A stretch of 64,000 nucleotides of DNA from Octopus vulgaris (GCA_951406725.2 OX597833.1:9424001-9488000), one strand, 5' to 3'; shown: positions 25,090 through 39,267, counted from the first letter of the stretch. Numbers and translations: made by a program. Notes: a model not told the origin generated them from the sequence alone.

Positions 25090-25835
25090 TTCATATTGAA
25101 GCCTGTACAGAGTCGGGTGCTTCTGTCTAATGTCGCAAAATCTGTTATTCTGTTGTGTTTTCAGTAATTGTATCCGGTTTCTTTAGGTTGTTATTTGACT
25201 TGCTCATTTAATTTATTGGCGATTTCTTTTTCTTTGTCTTTCTAACCTGTTATTCTGCTGGCATCTGTATTTCCATGTCTTCAATGCACTCTCATTTTCT
25301 GTTACGTCATTATTTTAGATTTGTAAATAAAATTATTAAAGTATGTACAATGCGATTTCACTTAGTTTTATTTTTTCCTTTTAAGGGGCCATATTTGTTT
25401 CGCAATTATATTGTAATTATTTGTTGTGAACAGAAGTCGAAGCCTGTAACACTTTATGCAAGGGCTGATAGTTCATATTTGGTTCCTTTAATACATATGT
25501 TCTGTACATATTTTGGAATGGGTACATATGATGTGTGCATTTTGTTTAGATCCTTTTCCTTGTTCTCCAACAAAGATTATATTATTTTTCACTCTTACAG
25601 CTCTATCGCTTTGTAGATTACTTCTGGGCTTCAGTCACTTTTCACTTAATCGACATTGTTTTGTTTATTACCGTTCCATTTATTTTCGGTTATTGATTAA
25701 AAATCTTAGGAGATTTGTTAATTTTTAGCTTCGTTGGTATGTTGTTTGTTTCTTGTGCAGCTCTTGTTTATTTGTAAGTTAAATAACTTATGGAATATAT
25801 GAAGTAGAATAATAAAAGAATGAGCGTATATGAAA

Positions 25836-25886
<51 letters not shown>

Positions 25887-26576
25887 TACACACAAACACA
25901 CACACACACACACACATACACACACACATACACACATACACACAAACACACTCACACACACACACATACACACAAACACACACACACATACACACAAACA
26001 CACACAAACACACACACACACACATGAGCAAATCTAAGGAGAAGCAAATTAGGCAAGTCGATTTTTAAAAAAATATTAAATATTTTTAATACAATAAATG
26101 TACATATGTAGGCATATAAGAGAGGAATTAAAGGGCTTGAGTAAGGGTTTTACGAGACCAACAGCTATTTCTGAGGACTTGGTGGTCTAAAATGATTATT
26201 GTAACTTGATTCCATCATCGGATACCACCAGCCTCCATCTTCAGGGAAGAATTTTACATGTTACTTGAAAATGTAAAATTCTTTCCTCAGATGACTTTGA
26301 AGACCAGCTGCTAACTGACAAAGTTTAAAACACAAGTAACATATATTATTTAAGTTTCTTCCACATCTTTGACCTTTGGGATTTGATTCTGAAGGAATAT
26401 TTTTGTGAACTAGCATATATCTTTTAAGCACTTCAAGAAAACAGCACTGGTTTGAACCGCTTGAATACTCCGGTTGGTGCTAAAAAAATAAGGGATGTTA
26501 TCTTAGTTCACTGGTAGTGAACAGCTGACACTGATGCACATCTCCAGCGTTAAAAGCTGTACAAAAGATAATGATA

Positions 26577-26650
<74 letters not shown>

Positions 26651-26654
<4 letters not shown>

Positions 26655-27437
26655 CATGTAATGAAAAGAAATAAAACATGTAATGAAAAGAAATAAAACA
26701 TGTAATGAAAAGAAATAAAACATGTAATGAAAAGAAATATTACAAAAACATGTAATGAAAAGAAATATTACAAGTAACTGCAGAATATGTGGAGATGGAC
26801 AAGAAACAATAAATCATATTATCTCAGTCCTGGCTAAGAAGGAATATATTCACAGACATGACAGAGTTGGAACCTACATACATTGGAAGCTATGCCAACA
26901 TTATGGAATAACAACAGAAAAAAGATGGTATAGGCACACACCAGAAAAGGTCACAGAAAACGAGAAAGCAACCATACTCTGGGATATGCCGATACACACA
27001 GATAGAGAAAGTAAGGCCAACAGACCAGATATAGTTGTCAGAGATCATGAAGAAAAAAAATGCTCTCTAATTGATGTATCAATACCGGCAGATGACAACG
27101 TGTCTCTAAAAGAAATGGAGAAACTCTCAAAATACAAAGACCTGGAAATAGAGGTAACTAGAATGTGGAACCTGAAAACAGAAACAATTCCTATCATAGT
27201 AGGCGCATTAGGCATGATAAAAAAATATTCAGACAAATACATAACAAAAACACCAGGACTTACAAACACATATAACATACAGAAAATTGCACTACTAGGC
27301 ACTGCACACATCCTACGCAGAACACTTTCCATACAATAACCATCAGAGCATCACAACAAATCACAGCACATACCCAAGGCACACAGAGCTGCGCTCGGTA
27401 GTGAAGTGAATGCACGCTATAAAAATAAAACTACTGA
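26651..27437 (+). mobile_element. 5'-truncated R4/Dong-type LINE inserted in (TAA)n
   Basis: CRICG...ETINHII zinc knuckle, RHD, LWD...NRPDIVV...IDVSIP...EKLSKY restriction-like endonuclease; (AAT)n on both sides. Confidence 0.9.
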
Positions 27438-27539
27438 ATAATAATAATAATAACAACAACAACAACGACGACAGCGACGATGACGATGACGATGACGATG
27501 ATGATGATGATGATGATGATGAGCAGCGAAAGTTAATAT

Positions 27540-28560
27540 CAAAAAAGGAATTTTCCAAGGGAGCTCATTGTCCCCTTTAATATTTGTTCTGTTTGATTCC
27601 CTTCAGTTTAGTTTTAAGGAAGGCAAAGGCAGGGAATGGAAAAATTAACCATTTGCTCTACGTAGATAATCTGAAAATTTTTAGTAAGATTGAAAAAGCG
27701 ATAGATTCCTTAATACAGACTGTAAGACTCTTCAGCAAAGATACAGACATGGAATTTGGTATAGATAAGTGTGCAATATTAGTCATGAGAATGGGACAGG
27801 TAGTCAACAGTGAATGCATCCAATTACCGGATGGCCAGACATTAAATCATTGAAATTAGGAGAGAGTTATAAGTATCTAGGAGTATTAGAATATGACAGG
27901 TACTAACTACATAAATGAAAACGAAAATTAAGAAGGATCAAGCATTAAGGACTAATTGTATAAAAACTAAGATATCCAAAAACCAAGTAGATTCCCAATG
28001 TAGATTTTACTAATCGAAAGAGGAAAGCGTTATTCAAATAGTAAGTGAATGTAGCTTGCTGGCACAGAAAGAATACAAGAAGAGACATGACAATCTAGGG
28101 AGGGCAATCCACTGGGAGCTATGTAGAAAGCTAGGATTTGAACATACTGATAAATTGTATGAGCATGAACCTAGTAAAGTACTATAAAGTAAGAAGTACA
28201 AGCTGTTGTGGGAGTTTCAACATTCAGACTGACAGAGTAATAGAAGCTAGAAATTTGATTTGGTAGTAGTAGATAAAGAGAATAGAAAGTACCACATAAT
28301 TAACTTTAGAGATCCAAATGTTGAAAAAATTAATATGAGAAGCATAGAAAAAATAGCAAAAGTACCAGGGCTATAGAAAGTTCGGGTAAAATGTATCTCA
28401 GTAGTTATAGGTGGATTGGGAACTATCCGTAAAGATCTGAACAGATGTATAGAGGAAATAGACATAACACCCAGCTCAGTACTGTTCCAGAAAACTGTTA
28501 TTAGGGACAGCTAGCATACTTAAGAGAGTTTTTGTTATCTAAAGTTACTTGCTGTAACCC
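27540..28560 (+). mobile_element. Degenerate R4/Dong-type LINE, different subfamily
   Basis: GIFQG.SLSPL, INHLLYVDNLKIF, MEFGIDKCA, YKYLGV, LAQKEYKKRHD with deletions. Confidence 0.8.
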
Positions 28561-28599
28561 TATAGGAGGGTTCTTGCCATGTTAGGATTCTTTTCCAAC

Positions 28600-29117
28600 T
28601 GTTTAATCTGTTGAGTGTATATGAGTAATAATAATAAAGATTTGTCTTGGTATAAAAGATGGGCCACAGCAAATAGTCTGCTCAATACCGCAGGTTTGCT
28701 TGGCAGTTGTTTGACCATAACCAGTTGAGCATGTCCCTTGGTCCCTGACGATATGTGAATCTCTGATCACGAGCAGAAGTAGTGGGGCAGCATCATAGCC
28801 ATGTATTGAAAGGAATTCTTTGAGGTTTGGATAATTCACCTTTGGAAACATGGGTGCTACGTTCAACATCCTTAAACAACCCTTATTTAGGGACCTTTTG
28901 AGCAGGAGGGGCTACTCGATCTGAAGAAAATTTTAATTGGGCCCCACCTGTAAGGTCATGCGCTTTTATCTTGATATAAGATGACGATGTCGCGCACATG
29001 TGGGTGTGATGCGTGTGCCTGGTGTACGCTTACCAGACAGGTAGTCATGATGGGTATACTGGGATTCGTATACTTTACCACAGTATCACATTTATGGCCT
29101 GCACTGCTCTCTTACTA
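28600..29117. repeat. Unclassified interspersed-repeat-like segment abutting (AAT)n
   Basis: GC-richer non-coding block between LINE fragments, ending directly at the microsatellite; no convincing ORF. Confidence 0.35.
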
Positions 29118-29165
<48 letters not shown>

Positions 29166-29170
<5 letters not shown>

Positions 29171-32100
29171 TTATAGACGAGTTAGATCAATACTAAAAAC
29201 AGAGCTCAATGCTAAAAACAAGATAATAGGTATTAACACTTTAGCTGTCCCAGTTATAAGTTACAGCTACAATATCCTTAACTGGACACTAAATGAACTG
29301 ACCAAAATAGATAGGAAAACAAGAAAAATAATGACAGGATCTAGGATGCATCACCCAAAATCTGACATAGAAAGACTATATATACAACGTGTAGAAGGTG
29401 GTAGAGGCCTTATACAACTGGAAAACTACTATAAAATAACCACCATAGGACTGCAAAAATATCTACTTCAGAAGGAAGGAAAACTGATACAAATAGCGGC
29501 AAAACACGAGCAAAACAAAAAACTGTTCTCAGTATTTAAGGAAGCTGACAAATACAAACAAGAAATCATACCACCTAATAAATATGAAGAAGAAGAAGAA
29601 GAAGAAGAAGAAGAAGAAGAAGAAGAAGAAGAAGAAGAAGAAGAAGAAGAAGAAGAAGAAGAAGATGAAGAAACAACAAAAGCTATAAAACAAATGAAAT
29701 CCAAACGCTTCTTTGAACAGAACAAAAAGTTCAACTCCAACCCCAAAAAGTTCTACCAAGAACTGGGCAAAAATAAAATAGAAGTCACTGCAGCACCAAC
29801 GGCAGAAGAATTGGAAGAATTCTGGAGAGAAATATGGTCGGCGAACGTACAGCCCAAAATAAGGTGTATCAAAATTACAAACTCGGCATCTGAACTACTT
29901 TGGACCCCCATAACAACTGAAGAGGTCACCCAGGCACTGCAAAAACTAAGCAACTGGAAGGCACCTGGGCATGACAAGATCCCCAACTTCTGGTTGAAAT
30001 ATCTAACAGAAATGCACAAAAAGCTGGCTGAAAACTTTAACAGCATACTAGCAGAGCCAGAGACAATGCCTGAATGGCTCACGAAGGGAAAACCATCTTA
30101 ATTCCCAAATCAAATGAAACAGCAAAACCAGAAAACTACAGACCAATAACCTGCCTCCCTACTATGTTCAAGGCATTTACTGCAGTGATATCGCCAAGGC
30201 TGAACAAGCACCTGGACGAAAACAAACTGTTCCCAGAAGAGCAGAAAGGATGCCGCAAAGGCTCATATGGCTGTAAAGATCAACTAATGATTAATAAAGC
30301 CGTAACTGAAGACAGCCACAGAAAGAAGAAAGGCCTCAGTATGGCCTGGATTGACTACAAAAAGGCGTTTGATTGCATCCCCCACACATGGATCCTCGAA
30401 ACACTAGCCATTAACAAAGTAGCACCAACAATCATAAAATTCATAGAGCACTCTATGAATAAATGGCAAACAGTCCTACACCTCCAAACAAAAGAGGGAC
30501 TCATGAAAACCAAAGACATCCCCATTAGAAGAGGAATATTCCAGGGAGACACACGCTCTCTCCACTCCTTTTCTGCTTGGCACTGTCACCTCTATCTGAT
30601 ATGCTAAATAGAACTGGATGCGGATATAAATGTTATAAATGCAAAACCATCAGCCACCTTTTATATATGGATGACCTAAAACTATACGCTGCAAATGACA
30701 AACAGCTGGAAACACTATTAAAGACAGTTCATGGATTTACCAAAGAAATAGATATGAAATTTGGATTAGAAAAATGCGCCAAAGTAACCATGAAAAGAGG
30801 AAAACTAGTTAAGAGTAACAACATCACACTAGATAAAACCAATGAAATAAAAGAATTAGACCAAAGCCAAACTTACAAATACTTAGGAATCCATGAACTA
30901 GATAAGACACAACACACACAAATGAAAGAGAAAATAAAAAAAGAATATTATAGACGAGTTAGATCAATACTAAAAACAGAGCTCAATGCTAAAAACAAGA
31001 TAATAGGTATCAACACTTTAGCTGTCCCAGTTATAAGTTACAGCTACAATATCCTTAACTGGACACAAAATGAACTGTCCAAAATAGATAGGAAAACAAG
31101 AAAAATAATGACAGGATCTAGGATGCATCACCCAAAATCTGACATAGAAAGACTATATATACAACGTATAGAAGGTGGTAGAGGCCTTATACAGCTGGAA
31201 AACTACTATAAAATAACCACCATAGGACTGCAAAAAAATATCTACTTCAGAAGGAAGGAAAACTGATCCAGATAGCAGCAAAACACGAGCAAAACAAAAA
31301 ACTGTTCTCAGTATTTAAGGAAGCTGACAAATACAAACAAGAAATCATACCACCTAATAAACATGAAGAAGAAGAAGAAGAAGATGAAGAAACAACAAAA
31401 GCTATAAAACAAATGAAATCCAAACTAAAAATAGAACAGCAACGAACCATGATAAAACGATGGCAAGAAAAGCCCCTTCATGGTAAATACTGCACTAAAC
31501 TAAACGCAAAAGAAATAGACAAAGAAAAATCCCAGCAATGGTTGAGAAGCTCAGGACTCAAAGCAGAAACAGAGAGATTTTTAATTGCAGCACAAGACCA
31601 AAGCCTCCCCACCAGAAATTACCAAAAACATGTAATGAAAAGAAATATTACAAGTAACTGCAGAATATGTGGAGATGGACAAGAAACAATAAATCATATT
31701 ATCTCTAGCTGCCCAGTCCTGGCTAAGAAGGAATATATTCACAGACATGACAAAGTTGGAACCTACATACATTGGAAGCTATGCCAACATTATGGAATAA
31801 CAACAGAAAAAAGATGGTATAGGCATACGCCAGAAAAGGTCACAGAAAATGAGAAAGCAACAATACTATGGGATATGCCAATACACACAGATAGAGAAAG
31901 TAAGGCCAATAGGCCAGATATAGCTGTCAGAGATCAAGAAAAAAATGCTTTCTACTTGCTTCATCAATACCAACAGATGACGTTTCTCTAAAAAAACAAA
32001 CAAAAAAAAAAACAAACAAATGGAGTAACTTTCAAAATACAAAGACCTGGAAATAGAGGTAACTCAAATGTGGAGTCTAAAAACAGAAACAATTCCAATC

Positions 32101-32340
32101 ATAGTGGGCGCATTAGGTATGATAAAAAATATTCAGACAAATATATAACAAAACACCAGAATTTACAAATATATATAACATACAGAAAATAGCACTACTA
32201 GGCACCGCACACATCCTACGTAAAACACTTTCAATACTGTAACTATAAAAGCATCACAACAAACTACAGCACATACCCAAGGCACAGAGAGCTGCGCTCG
32301 GTAGTGCAGTGAATGCACGTGATAAAAATAAGACTACTGA
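29166..32340 (+). mobile_element. Rearranged R4/Dong-type LINE (RT plus RLE) with frameshifts
   Basis: NWKAPGHDKI, YRPITCL, EQKGC, WIDYKKAFD, GIFQGD, HLLYMDDLKLY, CCHC knuckle and RLE; starts after (AAT)n; first about 540 bp duplicate 30944-31424. Confidence 0.92.
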
Positions 32341-32354
32341 ACAATAACAATAAT

Positions 32355-35090
32355 ATACTCTCTCCACTCCTTTTCTGCTTAGCATTGATACCTTTATCTG
32401 ACATACTAAATTGAACTGGATGTGGATACAACTGCTACGGCAAAACAATCAGCCACCTCTTATATATCGATAATATAAACTGTACGCTACAAATGATAAG
32501 TAGCTAGAATCGTCACAACAGATAGTATATGGATTTACCAAAGAAATTAACATGAAACTTGGCTTAGAAAAATGTGCCAAAGCAACCTTGAAAAAAGGAA
32601 AACTAGTTAAGAGTAGCAACATCATACTAAATAAAGCAAATGAAATAAAAGAATTAGACTAACGCCAAACATATAAATACTTACGAATCGATTAACTAGA
32701 TACGATACAACACACAAATGAAAGAAGATAAAAGAATACTATAGACGAGTTAAATTAATATTGAAAAACAGAGCTCAATGCGAAAACAAGACAATAAGAA
32801 TCAACACTCTCGCCATCGCAGTTATAAGTTACAGCTACAATATTCTTGACTGGACTCTAAATGAACTAATCAAAATAGACAGGAAAACAAGAAAAATAAT
32901 GACATGATTTAGGATGCAGCACCCTAAATCTGACATAGAAAGATTATATATACAACGTGTAGAAGGCGGTAGAGGCCTTATGCAACTAGAAAACTATTAC
33001 AAAATAGCCACCATAGGACTACAGAAATATCTACTTCAGATGCAAGGAAAACTAATACAAATAGTCACAAAACACGAACAAAAACTGTTTTCAGTTTTTA
33101 AGGTAGCTAGTAAATACAAAAAAGAAATCATAGAACCTGACAACTATAGAGACAAAGAAGAAACAAAAGCTGTTATGCAAATGAAATCCAAACTAAAACT
33201 GGAGTAGCAACTGATCATGATAAAACGATAGCAAGAAAAGTCCCTTCATGGCAAATACTGGGTTAAATTAAACAGAAAAGAAATAGACAAAGCAAAATCC
33301 CAACAATGGCTGAGAAGCTCAGGGCTCAAAGCAGAAACTGAAGGATTTTTAATTTCAGCACAATACCAAAGCCTCTCCACCAGAAATGACCAAAAACATA
33401 TAACGAAAAGTAATACAATACAAGTAACTGCAGTATATGTGGAGATGGAGAAGAAACAATAAATCATATTGTCTCTGGTTGCCCAGTCCTGGCTAAGAAA
33501 GAATATATTCATAGACACGACAGAGTTGGGACCTATGTACACTGGAAGCTATGTTAACACTATGAAATGACCACAGGAAAAAGATGGTATAGGCACATGC
33601 CAGAAAAGGTCACAGAATATGAGAAAGCAATCATATTATGGGATATGCCAATACACACAGATAGAGAAAGTAAGGGCAATAGGCCGGATATACTTGTCAA
33701 AGATCATCAAGAAAGTAAATGTTTTGCACTTGATGTATTAATAGCAAGAGATGACAGTGTTCCTATAAAAGAAATGGAGAAACTTTCAAAATACAAAAAC
33801 CTTGAAATAGAGGTAACTCGAATGTGGAGTCTAAAAGCAGAAAAATTCCTATAATAGTAGGGGCATTAGGCATGATAAACATATATCCAGACAAATGCAT
33901 AATAAAAACACCAGGACTTACAAGTATAAATAACATACAAAAAATAGCACTATAAGCAACGCACACATCCTATGTAAAACACTTTTAATACAGTAAAAAT
34001 AAGAGCATCTCAACAAACCACAGCACATATCCAAGATAAAAACTGGTGGGAGCACAAATCACCTGCAGTGCTTGAAAATGATCAAATCTCACTCCTCTGG
34101 AACTTCACCATTCAAACTGACAGAAAGACAGATGTGAAAAGGTCAGACACTACATTGAAAGACTTCAGACAAAAATCATGCCTCCTCATTGGTATGACTG
34201 TCCCAATCGACAAAAATGTATCTGTCAAGACCTATCAAAAATTGAGCAAGTATAAAGATCTTGAAATAGAAATTGGCAAAATGTGAAACCTCACAACTAA
34301 AACAATACCTGTTGTCACAGGTACCCTAGAAATGTTAAAAGGGGCTGATTCCTAACTAGCTCAGACACCAGGAAACCCCAAAATGGCAGAAATTCAAAAG
34401 ATAGTGCTCATGAGAACTGCTCATATCCTACGTAAAATACTGTCTATGTAATCTCAAATTTTAAAACAAACTTATAATTTTCTTACGTTTCCTTAAACAT
34501 TCTCTAGAACAAAACCAAATATATGAAATTTTGGGTATCAAATTGATTCTGGGAAATAAACTCAGTGGAAAATGTTAAGACAATGAACACATGGGTTGTT
34601 TCCCTAATGCGATATGGCGCAGGTGTTGTTAGATGGACAAAGAACGAGTTTGAGGAAATGGATAGGAAAATCAGAAAAGTGATGACAACAAAGAACTACA
34701 CCCAAAATATGATATTGACAGGCTGTATGAGCCTAAGAACAAGGGAGTAAGAGGCCTCATAGGATGCAAGATTTGTGTTGTCAACGAGAAGAACAGTCTG
34801 GGATGGTACATCAAACAGCAGAGTGAACCCTTGCTTGCCGCTGACAGAATTAATACCTACCGAAAATGTGATGCATTCCCAAATATTTAAGAAACAGGAT
34901 GAAGAAAGAATAAATAATTGGAAAATGAAATCACCATATGGGCAATACCTCAGAGATATCGAAGGAAAAGACAAAAACAATACTTGGAAATGGCTAAGAA
35001 AAAAACTGATATGCAGCGCCCAGGAACAACCTCTGAGAACTAATTACAAGTTCCAAATAGAGAAGAGTAGCGAACCGCCCCCTTGACAAA
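32355..35090 (+). mobile_element. Three further tandem degenerate R4/Dong-type fragments (32355-34030, 34040-34450, 34530-35090)
   Basis: Repeated RT C-terminal, HPKSDIERLY, LWD/LWNF...DR and KLSKYKDL motifs in the same orientation. Confidence 0.85.
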
Positions 35091-35185
35091 AATATCGAGT
35101 ATAAATGTAACGCAAAGACTAAACTACATGCATTTAACTATGTGGGTACTTCTTTCAATCTAAGATTATATAATTATTTTCTCAC

Positions 35186-35233
35186 CTTTTGAAGTAGAGG
35201 CAAAGCGGAAACAACGTCACTCTCTGCGAAAGC
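35186..35233 (-). CDS. 48-nt upstream exon of the C4-like gene (AFAESDVVSALPLLQK)
   Basis: ttttttaattaccag|GCT TTC...CAA AAG|gtgaga; strong sites, open, phase 0-0, in non-repetitive DNA; joins 12408 in frame. Confidence 0.6.
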
Positions 35234-37504
35234 CTGGTAATTAAAAAACAAAATGGTGATTTCCATCCTGTTTAGGTTTAAACAAATATTATTTAGGTTT
35301 ATTTAGGTCTCTAACAAGAAATACCGATGGCTGTAATATTCATTTTATATTATTTATAACTTGAAATTTAATTTATGACATTGGGATAGCTTTATAACTG
35401 CATCGGCCTCATAATCATAAAATCATAATTCTTTATAATTTGTTATAGTTCTATAAACTCTCTTCTCACTGATTAATGTATGACCTCTGTAATCCTTAAA
35501 CATATTTTTAATCATTCGGAAATGTTTTGATTATCTACTAGACCAGAATGAATTTTATTGAGTTGCTGTATTTTAAATAACATTGTGACAATTTTGACCG
35601 ATGTAAACGTTAGAACTAGAGTAGGCAAGGATAGTTCAAATATGATTCATTACAAACATAATGGTATTTAAAAAATCTTATTAGTGATTAAGATCAATAC
35701 TGTAGATTTATAGATATTGTAGGCCAATTCTGTAGGTCTATAGATAGGCATAGAGCCTCAAAGAAATACCTTGCAGATACTGCTTTTCTTTTCAAGTAGG
35801 ACCTGATCTTTCAGCCGATAGATTCTTTATAATAACTAACTAATACCTGTGTTATTTTACATACATATATCAATATATCCATAAATTTGTAAATTCATAT
35901 ATATGCTATAGGTACTCATCCTCTACATAGACCTAAATATCCAAGTACATACGCACACACAATACATCAAAACATAAATAATCTGCTTCACATTATTCTC
36001 CACGAGATAATAGGAGTTATACAAGACTAGAAAATATACAACATATAGAAAACATGTTGCATAGATTACAATACAAGACAAGGGAACTTTTAGGAGGAGT
36101 TTGGTGTTACTAGAAAAAGTAAACCCCACCAGTTAAAACCTACGATCTTTAAAAAGGACACGTAGTATAAACGTTGATGATTATGTGTGAATAAAGGACT
36201 TGGTGATCACAAGTGGAATGCTTTTATTTATAAGTTCATTGGGTGGGCATTGACCTGGACTACTCAACAACGTCTGTGATACGATACTGCTTCATTCCAT
36301 CCAAACACATACACACACACACACATTCACACATATTCATGCATACTTACACTCATACATAGTCATGTACGCAGAAGCACAAGAAACTCTTAAGCATATG
36401 CTGGTGGTGGTGTGTAGGGTTAATGGTTGCGGTTGAAAAATTTTGCTCATAGATCTGCTGGAGCAGAATTAATTTGGAGTTTAAACAACAGCAACTACAC
36501 AACATCATCATCATCATCATCAACAACAACAGTTACCATCACTTATTTTAAACTTTGGTTCAAAGCCAGAACAGTGATAACAATATTAACAACAATAAGA
36601 AGGGCAACAACAATAATATTGTACACGAGCCAAAAAAAAAAGAGCCATTAGTGTCGCCATCGATACATTATGGAAGTGAAAGTAAGTAGAAATGATCATA
36701 GTTGAAACTGCTATGATCACAGATCTGCATGATTATGACTAACTTGGGACTTTACATCTCTGCCCATTTATATTCACTACTCTAGCAAAGATTAGGTGCT
36801 AAAGTCCAATATATGGTATGACCGGAGAAAAATGAAACGAACATGCCTGGTAAGGTGTTGGTTACATACCTGCAGGATTAAGGATAACTACCTGCTAAAT
36901 CTCCTTAAAACTACATTGCAGTCTTAAGAAAGTATAGAGCAGATAAAGAAAGTCTGGATTACACTAATGCTGAAAATGAGACTGGCCGGCGCTGGATGGA
37001 ATAACTTTGATCAAAGATTCTCTGTACAGCGGCGGCGGCGACGACGACAACAACAACAACATAGAACGCTATATAATGCATAGAGGGACACTTGGATACA
37101 ATCACCACCACCAGCCTCACTCTTCCCATCATTGCAAAAGTAATTAACAAAAATTAACAAAATAGAGCAACCGAAACATCCCCATCACCTTGTTCATTCT
37201 GTAATTCCTATATTCTTTCATTCCAACGCTTCCCGCCAGTTCACTCTACCCCCTCTTCGTGGCTTCGTCTTCTCATTCGTCAATTCTCCCACTCCTATAA
37301 TCACTCATTCCTTCTCAGGTTAAAAGCTCTCCCTCCTCCTCCATATTTCTCCACCCCACCATCTACTCACTGTAGTCTTGCGTTTGTCAACTAGCACAAA
37401 GCTTTTATTCACCGTAATCTTCCAAATTTATACACTGACTGAATTACAAACTAGTGGACACACACATACATACGTACGTACATTCACACACGCATAAACA
37501 CGCA

Positions 37505-37558
<54 letters not shown>

Positions 37559-37965
37559 GCACAGACACACTCAGTCAGAGTCAAACATTCAGTCACACTC
37601 AGTCACACACATACACACACGCACATATATGCACATATATACAGTTATATTCTTAAAGATACAACTATAACAGCCACCCCAAGCAACAATGAACAACTGC
37701 AAAACTTATTTAATTTTCACGGCACTTGGAATTCTTGTCATCCAGACAGGTAAGTCACTGTAATGTTGATGTTGTGGTATTCGACTGTTACCGTCAAATA
37801 ATATATTATACATAGATAAATCCACACACACAATATTTAGCAGATGTAACAGAGTGAGTCAAGGTCCGAGAGTCACTGTTACTTCTACTAAATATTAATG
37901 AAAATATACAAATACTCGCATTTCGAGTTCTGTTTTCCCTGTTTGCATCAGCAAACCTATACATA

Positions 37966-38340
37966 CAGGTGCAGGAGTGGTTGTGTGGTAAGTAGCTTGT
38001 TTACCGGCCACATGGTTCCGGGTTCAGTTTCACTGCACGACACCTTGGGCAAGAGTCTTCTTCTATAGCCTCCGCCCGACCAAAACCTTGTGAATGGATC
38101 TGGTAGATGGAAACTGAAAGGAGCCCGTCGTATATGTATGTATGTGTATATTTGTGTGTCTGTTTTTGTCCCCCCAACATTGCTTGACAACCGATGTTGG
38201 TGTGTTTATGTCCCCGTAACTTAGTGGTTACGATAGAATAGTACTAGGCTTACAAAGAATAAGTCCTGGGGTCGATTTGCTCGACTAAAGGCAGTGGTCC
38301 AGCATGGCCGCAGTCAAATGACTGAAACAAGTAAAAGAGT
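37966..38340 (+). mobile_element. tRNA-derived SINE with internal microsatellite and CR1-type tail
   Basis: ggtgcaggagtggttgtgtggtaag head, gggttcagtt B-box-like, caccttgggcaag core, tail ccagcatggccgcagtcaaatgactgaaac; partial copies at 1-40, 21400-21620, 55860-56075 and 62750-62885. Confidence 0.8.
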
Positions 38341-38577
38341 AGATGAAACTATGGCGACTGAAGAAGGGGAATTTTCCTTGTGTTATTTGTCCTGTACTCT
38401 ATTATTTTGTTGTTTAAGAAAAATGTCCAGTTCCTGGGTTTTGTGTTTATGTTTTCGTTTCTCATTGTGTTCGACGTTCTTTTGGTGTCCTGTACCCATA
38501 TATGCATGTATATATACATGTAGAGGTAGGTACGTACATATATGTATGTATATATGCATATGTTTTATTTATTAATT

Positions 38578-38621
<44 letters not shown>

Positions 38622-38824
38622 GTATGCATGTACGTATGTATATCATGCACCACTCACACATACAACTTATTATTTTTAGTTTGGGGTTTTGTGCAAAAAT
38701 ACTCACTAAATACCTGTCTTAAAATTATGTAGAATGTATTATGACTGTGATGGTAACCTGTCATTTTCTCATTCCTAAAAGTTTCGTGCTCTTGAAATCA
38801 GTCATACCCATCAGTGATTCTGAA

Positions 38825-38908
<84 letters not shown>

Positions 38909-38914
38909 ATATCT

Positions 38915-38955
<41 letters not shown>

Positions 38956-39267
38956 CTTGAAGCAAATACAAAAATTAGATTCCTTTTAAAGTTACTAACT
39001 TCTTGAAAGTTTGTTTATATTTAACAATGTTAATACATACATACGTATATACATACATATATACATACGTATATACATACATACATACATACATACGCGC
39101 GTACACACACATATAAAATGTTTATATTCGGTTTTAATAAAATAGTATTTTGCACCTATTGCATACTTGCGTGCATTCAGATTGCGTGAGTATGTGTGCG
39201 TACAAATAAGTATATATGTGCAGAACAAGGAAAAACTAGTTCTCAAATACTTTACTATTAAAGTCGC

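Noticed and set aside
26215-26250. Minus-strand CTGAAGA-tgga...tcc hammerhead candidate (a similar lone core occurs at 38358)
   Set aside because: GAAA and stems I and III are missing; too degenerate to call.
26651-26772. Short regular repeats resembling a CRISPR array
   Set aside because: No unique spacers, eukaryotic context, and the unit derives from LINE coding sequence.
35770-35802. Possible 33-nt phase 0-0 exon (VLLEKKSSICK) on the minus strand
   Set aside because: The acceptor lacks a pyrimidine tract and the exon is not needed for the frame; cannot be supported.
36865-36895. cag|gtatgt as a recursive splice site or 22-nt exon
   Set aside because: Adjacent sequence resembles the repeat at 21680-21965, and such motifs arise by chance; no independent support.
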